Assembly (NCBI GenBank): GCA_049325335.1
Contig: JBMOMC010000002.1
Coordinates: 1-64,000, forward strand
Length of the DNA: 64,000 nucleotides
Origin: Nitrospirota bacterium
Lineage (GTDB): Bacteria > Nitrospirota > Nitrospiria > 2-01-FULL-66-17
Direction of reading: 5' to 3'
Position 1 is the first letter of the stretch, and each line of letters opens with the position of its first letter. Shown piece by piece: positions 59,601 to 64,000 of this stretch. Below the pieces are notes generated by a model. That model was not told where the DNA came from. It worked only from the letters and a program-made list of their open reading frames with translations, and searched no databases. Both the position numbers and the translations under genes were made by a program.

Positions 59601-60470
59601 TTAAGGCTTGAACCCCTCCAACATTGCGCCGACGAACTCTTGGTATCGGCGTCGCAGGGCGAGTGTAGCCTGTCCCGGTTGTCCCGATCCGACGTGACGC
59701 CCGTCTACTCGGGTGACCGGTAGTACCTCCATCCCCGTGCTGGTCAGCAAAACCTCGTCGGCTTCCCGGAGCTGATCCGGAGTCAGCCGATCTTCGGCTG
59801 ACTTGATCCCATCGCGGCGCGCTAGATCCAACACCACCTCGCGGGTGATGCCTTGGAGGATGCCGTCGGAGAGCGGCGGGGTGTGAAGTGTGCCGTTCTT
59901 GACGCAGAAGACATTGCTCACCGTGCCTTCCGCGACGTGCCCCGACTCGGTGCACAACACGGCTTCATCCGCGCCCTGTCCGGAGGCCTCGCGTTTGGCT
60001 TGGACGTGCGCCAGCAGGCTCAGTGATTTGACCGACGGGGTCAGCGCGGCGGGACGGAGGCGGGTGTTGGCGAGGATGACGATCGAGGCTCCGGATCGGT
60101 ACAACTGATCCGGGTACCCCGCGAACGGCTGCTCCACGATGACCACCGTGGGAGTGCCGTCGTGCCGAACGTCCCAGCCCGTGGTGACGCCCCTGGTGAC
60201 GGTGGTGCGAACCAGAGCCTCCGGGAGCTCATTCCGCTCGATGAGATCGCGGATCGTCCCGGCGAGCGCCGAAGCCGTCGGCAATGGGGCGATCCCCAGC
60301 GCGGTTGCGCCCTCGATCAGGCGCGCAAGGTGCCGGTCGATCAGAAACGGTTGCCCCCGATACACGCGGAGCGTGTCGAAGACCCCGTCGCCGTATCGAA
60401 ACCCGCGGTCGTGGACCGAGACCACCGCCTCGCGGTCAGGGACGAACGTTCCGTTGACCACGGCCCACAC
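59601..60470 (-). CDS. pabC: Class IV aminotransferase / 4-amino-4-deoxychorismate lyase
   Basis: Motifs DRGFRYGDGVFDT, VKSLS, EGTVSN, LQGITR; downstream of the pabB-like gene. Confidence 0.75.
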   Translation of the reverse strand: MWAVVNGTFVPDREAVVSVHDRGFRYGDGVFDTLRVYRGQPFLIDRHLARLIEGATALGIAPLPTASALAGTIRDLIERNELPEALVRTTVTRGVTTGWDVRHDGTPTVVIVEQPFAGYPDQLYRSGASIVILANTRLRPAALTPSVKSLSLLAHVQAKREASGQGADEAVLCTESGHVAEGTVSNVFCVKNGTLHTPPLSDGILQGITREVVLDLARRDGIKSAEDRLTPDQLREADEVLLTSTGMEVLPVTRVDGRHVGSGQPGQATLALRRRYQEFVGAMLEGFKP

Positions 60471-60474
60471 CGGA

Positions 60475-61932
60475 TCAACCCACCGCGTCGATCAAGGCCT
60501 GGGCTTTATACAAGGTCTCGCGGTACTCCTTCTCCGGGTCTGAGTCCGCCACGATCCCCGCGCCGGTGTAGAACGACAGCTCGCCGCGTGTTCGCGTCAA
60601 CGTGCGGATCACAATGTTCCAATCCATGTGGCCCGACCACGACACGTAGCCGATGGACCCGGTGTACAACCCGCGCGACACGGGCTCCAGTTCGTCGATG
60701 ATTTCCATGCAGCGGATCTTGGGCACGCCGGTCACGGTCCCGCCGGGGAACACCGCATCCAACACGTCGAAGCCCGTCGCGCCCTCCCGGAGCAGGCCGC
60801 GGATATTGGACACGATGTGGATGACGTGCGAGTACCGCTCCGTGACCATCAGCTCATCCACCTTGACCGATCCGTACGCGCACACTCGGCCCAGATCGTT
60901 GCGCTCCAGATCCACCAACATCAGGTGTTCGGCGCGTTCCTTGGGGTTGAGCAACAAATCGGCCGTGAGATCGTCGTCATCGGTCGGGGTCGCGCCGCGG
61001 GGCCTGGTGCCCGCGATGGGACGGGTTTCCACCTCGCGGCCGGACACCTTGACCAGGCGTTCGGGCGATGAGCAGATGATTTCGGTCTCGCCAAGGTCCA
61101 CAAACGCCGCGAACGGGGCGGGGTTAATGGTACGCAGGCGCCGATACACGTCCAACCCGTCGCCGTGATGCGTGGCCGTGAATCGCTGCGCCAGATTCGC
61201 CTGGAAGATATCGCCCGCCGCGATATAGTCCTTGGCGCGGTCCACCATTGCGCAATACGCCTCGCGCGACATGCCGGCAACGATCGAGGCTGCGGGCGCG
61301 GTCGGGCTCACGTGTTCCGCGCTGAGGCCACGCGTCACCGCGCCGAGAAAGTCCCTCAGCCTGGTGCGGCCCTCTTCCAGCAGCCGCGCGCGCGGCTCAG
61401 CCGCAAATCGCTCGGGAGACGGACAAAACGACGCGGTAAACGTACGCTCAACGTGATCGAACGCGCCCACGAGATCGAACAACATCCAATGCAGGTCCGG
61501 AAAGAAGTCGGTCCGATCGTGTGGTGCGCCGCGTCGGTGCCGTTGCGAGAGCCTGTACCCCAAGCATCCGATCGCGCCCCCGATAAACGGCGGTGCCCCG
61601 GGCGGCGCGGCCACGGCGCCCGGCAGCATCTGGTCAAACACGGCGGCCAGGGGATCAACCGTCGGCGTGGTCGTGGTTTCGCCGGACGTTGACGTCCAGC
61701 GGGTCAACGCGCCGTGTTGGGCCGTGACAGTCTGATACGGCGCGCCGCCGATGAACGAGTACCGTCCCAGCGCTCCGCGACCGGCTCGGCTCCCACTCTC
61801 CAGGAGAAACGACGGCGCTGCCGCGCGGATAGCGGAGTACGCATCCACCGGCGCGAGATCCCCAAGTGGAATCGTCGCCAACAGCGGAACCGGCACGCGC
61901 GCGTCCAGAAACCGGGCTTCATTGGTCAACAC
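60475..61932 (-). CDS. pabB: Aminodeoxychorismate/anthranilate synthase component I
   Basis: Motifs LLES, GDIFQANL, SSPE, RPIAGT, KERAEH.MLVDLERND; start inferred. Confidence 0.75.
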   Translation of the reverse strand: MLTNEARFLDARVPVPLLATIPLGDLAPVDAYSAIRAAAPSFLLESGSRAGRGALGRYSFIGGAPYQTVTAQHGALTRWTSTSGETTTTPTVDPLAAVFDQMLPGAVAAPPGAPPFIGGAIGCLGYRLSQRHRRGAPHDRTDFFPDLHWMLFDLVGAFDHVERTFTASFCPSPERFAAEPRARLLEEGRTRLRDFLGAVTRGLSAEHVSPTAPAASIVAGMSREAYCAMVDRAKDYIAAGDIFQANLAQRFTATHHGDGLDVYRRLRTINPAPFAAFVDLGETEIICSSPERLVKVSGREVETRPIAGTRPRGATPTDDDDLTADLLLNPKERAEHLMLVDLERNDLGRVCAYGSVKVDELMVTERYSHVIHIVSNIRGLLREGATGFDVLDAVFPGGTVTGVPKIRCMEIIDELEPVSRGLYTGSIGYVSWSGHMDWNIVIRTLTRTRGELSFYTGAGIVADSDPEKEYRETLYKAQALIDAVG

Positions 61933-62223
61933 GCGCCCATCTTCCCGCGCGACTCCGCGCGCTGTCAAGCAGTCGAGTCGTGGTGAGACGCTCCGTGGCG
62001 CGTCCATGAACGTTCGGTTGATGCGCGGTTGACGGGCGTAATTGGCAGCTGCTATGGTACGCCTATGTTTTATGAGGATGGGGATGTTGTTTAAAGATTA
62101 AAAGCTCACTGCAATACCTGCGGCGCAAACCTCCGATCATAAAATCTTTAAACAACGTCCCCAATCAGTCCCAATTGGCTAGCACGCGTCCATCTTCCCG
62201 CGCGGCTCTGCGCGCTGTCAAGC
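61930..62223. repeat. 41-bp direct repeat (61930-61970 / 62183-62223) carrying a promoter-like element
   Basis: cacgcg(c/t)ccatcttcccgcgcg(a/g)ctc(c/t)gcgcgctgtcaagc; 38/41 identical. Confidence 0.8.
62080..62172. repeat. REP/MITE-like inverted repeat related to the element at 1000-1122
   Basis: ggggatgttgtttaaagatt...aatctttaaacaacgtcccc, followed by aatcagtccc. Confidence 0.7.
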
Positions 62224-62444
62224 GATCAAATGGTGGGGCATTGACGGCTGCGTGATGTCAGAGGCCCTTGACGAGCGCGCGCTGAAGCGTGTTAGGCTGG
62301 GTACGCCTTATTGGGATTTGACAGTGGAAGTGAAGTGGCTTTGAGACCGTCGTGATAATAAATCTGTCCCGTTAGTTGTAGAGAGGGCCGAAGAAAATGG
62401 TTCCTGTCACCCTCCGGGTCCCTGGCCCCAATCGTGGGCCGCAA

Positions 62445-63620
62445 TCAGTTCAAGGGAACGAATGAATTCCGGAACGACATCCACGCCTCCGCAAACTGTT
62501 CAGTCCGACCCACATTCGACACCTGGTATTCCTCGTGCAGGCCACTACTGCTCTTGAAGACCAGCGCGCCGTATACGGTGACGGGAATCTGATAGTTGTC
62601 CTTGAAACGGCGATCAGGGCTGCCATCTTTGTTTGTCTTCGCCCAAGTATGCTCGATCACCCGGCTATCAGATGGCACATGCTCGTGCTCAATGAACTGA
62701 ACTGGTGTGTAAGTCAGAACGACGTCGCGCGTGTCGATAAGGGCAAAGGCCTCTTTGGACACGCGATAGAGAATAAACCCCGGATAGATCCATAGGTCAC
62801 CACCATTCCTATTCGCGAGGTGAGGCACCTGCTGATCCCAGCTAATTAATTCACTCCGTCCCAGTCTAAACGTGACAGGTTCTCTGGTGATGGCCTCTTT
62901 GGCGAGGGATCGTTCGACAATGGCATTTGTTGGCCGTTTGGTCAGCGTGTCCCAGATCTGTTGGGACTCCGCGAGTGTGGCAAATGTGTCGCGCATGCGG
63001 TAATAGGGCTCAGCTTGCTCGCTAGGAATATCGAACTCGGTTGCTAGTGTTGTGAGGCGGAGCTGCTCTTGCAGCTCCGCTTGCTTGGCGGTCGCAGTGT
63101 CAGCGTCATTTTTGAGTTGGGCAAACCGGGTCTTCCACAGATTTTTAAGTAGAAACCCTCGGTCCCATCGTTGATAGCGGTCCGCAGCGTGCTCTTGCTC
63201 GCGGTCTGCAAGCGCAAGTTCCCTCTCAATTTCGTCGTGCTCATCCCGTGTAGTCTTAAGCAATTTCCGAAACTCCTCGAGGCCCTCACTTGTGAGCATT
63301 TGAGTGCTCGCGCTGCGGACCTCCTGAGTCGGTGCCGCCGGTGGTGAGGTTGGTTTTGGGACGGAAACTGTGTCAGGGGGATCTAGAAACGGAGTGATGC
63401 TAGGGACATTCGCCGGATCAGTTGCGTGGAGCCCCCTCCCAGCGATCCGGGTACGAAAGGACACGCCGGTGCCAGGAGCTGAGACGTTTCCATAAACCCC
63501 ACGTGGTCCGATGTTGAGTGAAAACGGGGCGGTTCCAATGGTTGTACTAATACCACTACGCGAAAGATTGAGGCGGACGCCTGGCAGTAGTTTGAATGTC
63601 TTCCTGAACCGCCAACCCAT
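62445..63620 (-). CDS. DUF4236-domain protein
   Basis: Motifs MGWRFRKTFKLLPGVRLNLSRSG..PGTGVSF and C-terminal NKDGSPDRRFKDN; AT-richer than the core. Confidence 0.85.
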   Translation of the reverse strand: MGWRFRKTFKLLPGVRLNLSRSGISTTIGTAPFSLNIGPRGVYGNVSAPGTGVSFRTRIAGRGLHATDPANVPSITPFLDPPDTVSVPKPTSPPAAPTQEVRSASTQMLTSEGLEEFRKLLKTTRDEHDEIERELALADREQEHAADRYQRWDRGFLLKNLWKTRFAQLKNDADTATAKQAELQEQLRLTTLATEFDIPSEQAEPYYRMRDTFATLAESQQIWDTLTKRPTNAIVERSLAKEAITREPVTFRLGRSELISWDQQVPHLANRNGGDLWIYPGFILYRVSKEAFALIDTRDVVLTYTPVQFIEHEHVPSDSRVIEHTWAKTNKDGSPDRRFKDNYQIPVTVYGALVFKSSSGLHEEYQVSNVGRTEQFAEAWMSFRNSFVPLN

Positions 63621-63814
63621 GTGTCACTCGCTACTATAACAAGGCAGGAGAACCTCAAATACCCCTCCTATTTACTCGGATTCCCTGTCGGAGTCAATCG
63701 ACTAACAAGCAATCCCTCAGGCTCGCTTCAAAATATCGCAGACAAAGGAACTTATCAGCGCAACGCCCACCGAGTGACGCAAAGTAAGGGCCTCTCTCCT
63801 AACCCGCGTTGGTT

Positions 63815-63842
63815 TTGACACGAGGTCGGCTGTGGCTATACT
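63815..63842 (+). promoter_or_regulatory. sigma70 promoter for a gene running off the window
   Basis: TTGACA-16nt-TATACT. Confidence 0.5.
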
Positions 63843-63903
63843 TGGCCGCGTCGCGAGGGGAGCCGTTTGGTCGGTCTTCCTCGCGCTCTTACTTATCGCA
63901 GAC

Positions 63904-64000
63904 ATGGTGCACGAACCCCTCAAGCCGGCATCTGTTGGAGCCCAGCTGGCACCCGAAAATCCTTTGGTCGAGTCCGCCCGCGAGGTGATGCGCGGGTTGG
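63904..64000 (+). CDS. 5' part of a possible CDS truncated by the window end
   Basis: Open frame MVHEPLKPASVGAQLAPENPLVESAREVMRGL... Confidence 0.3.
   Translation, partial: MVHEPLKPASVGAQLAPENPLVESAREVMRGL

Overview
GC-rich bacterial chromosome segment, most plausibly Nitrospirota/Nitrospiria. This assignment is inferred from gene content and repeat style, not from a marker search. It is mostly core metabolism: prfB (with +1 frameshift), lnt, ndk, dksA, a complete single-NuoM complex I operon (nuoA-N) preceded by a MidA/NDUFAF7 methyltransferase, a two-component cluster with an orphan PhnD-like binding protein, an sdhB/frdB - HdrB-like(CCG) - mdh - NuoF-like cluster, erpA, ferredoxin, a cysH - sir(HEPN-TusA fusion) - sat sulfate assimilation operon, and pabB/pabC. 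Both window ends contain gene debris or accessory genes next to palindromic REP/MITE-like elements. Best leads: (1) a ~290-nt structured minus-strand RNA downstream of prfB, carrying a 14-codon ORF behind a 16-nt near-perfect complement of the 16S rRNA 3' end; (2) a candidate soluble NADH-dependent fumarate reductase module using an orphan NuoF; (3) a nitrosocyanin-like cupredoxin with an altered ligand set next to a FIST sensor; (4) a modular, co-oriented palindromic repeat family. No CRISPR, rRNA, tRNA, integrase or transposase gene was recognised.
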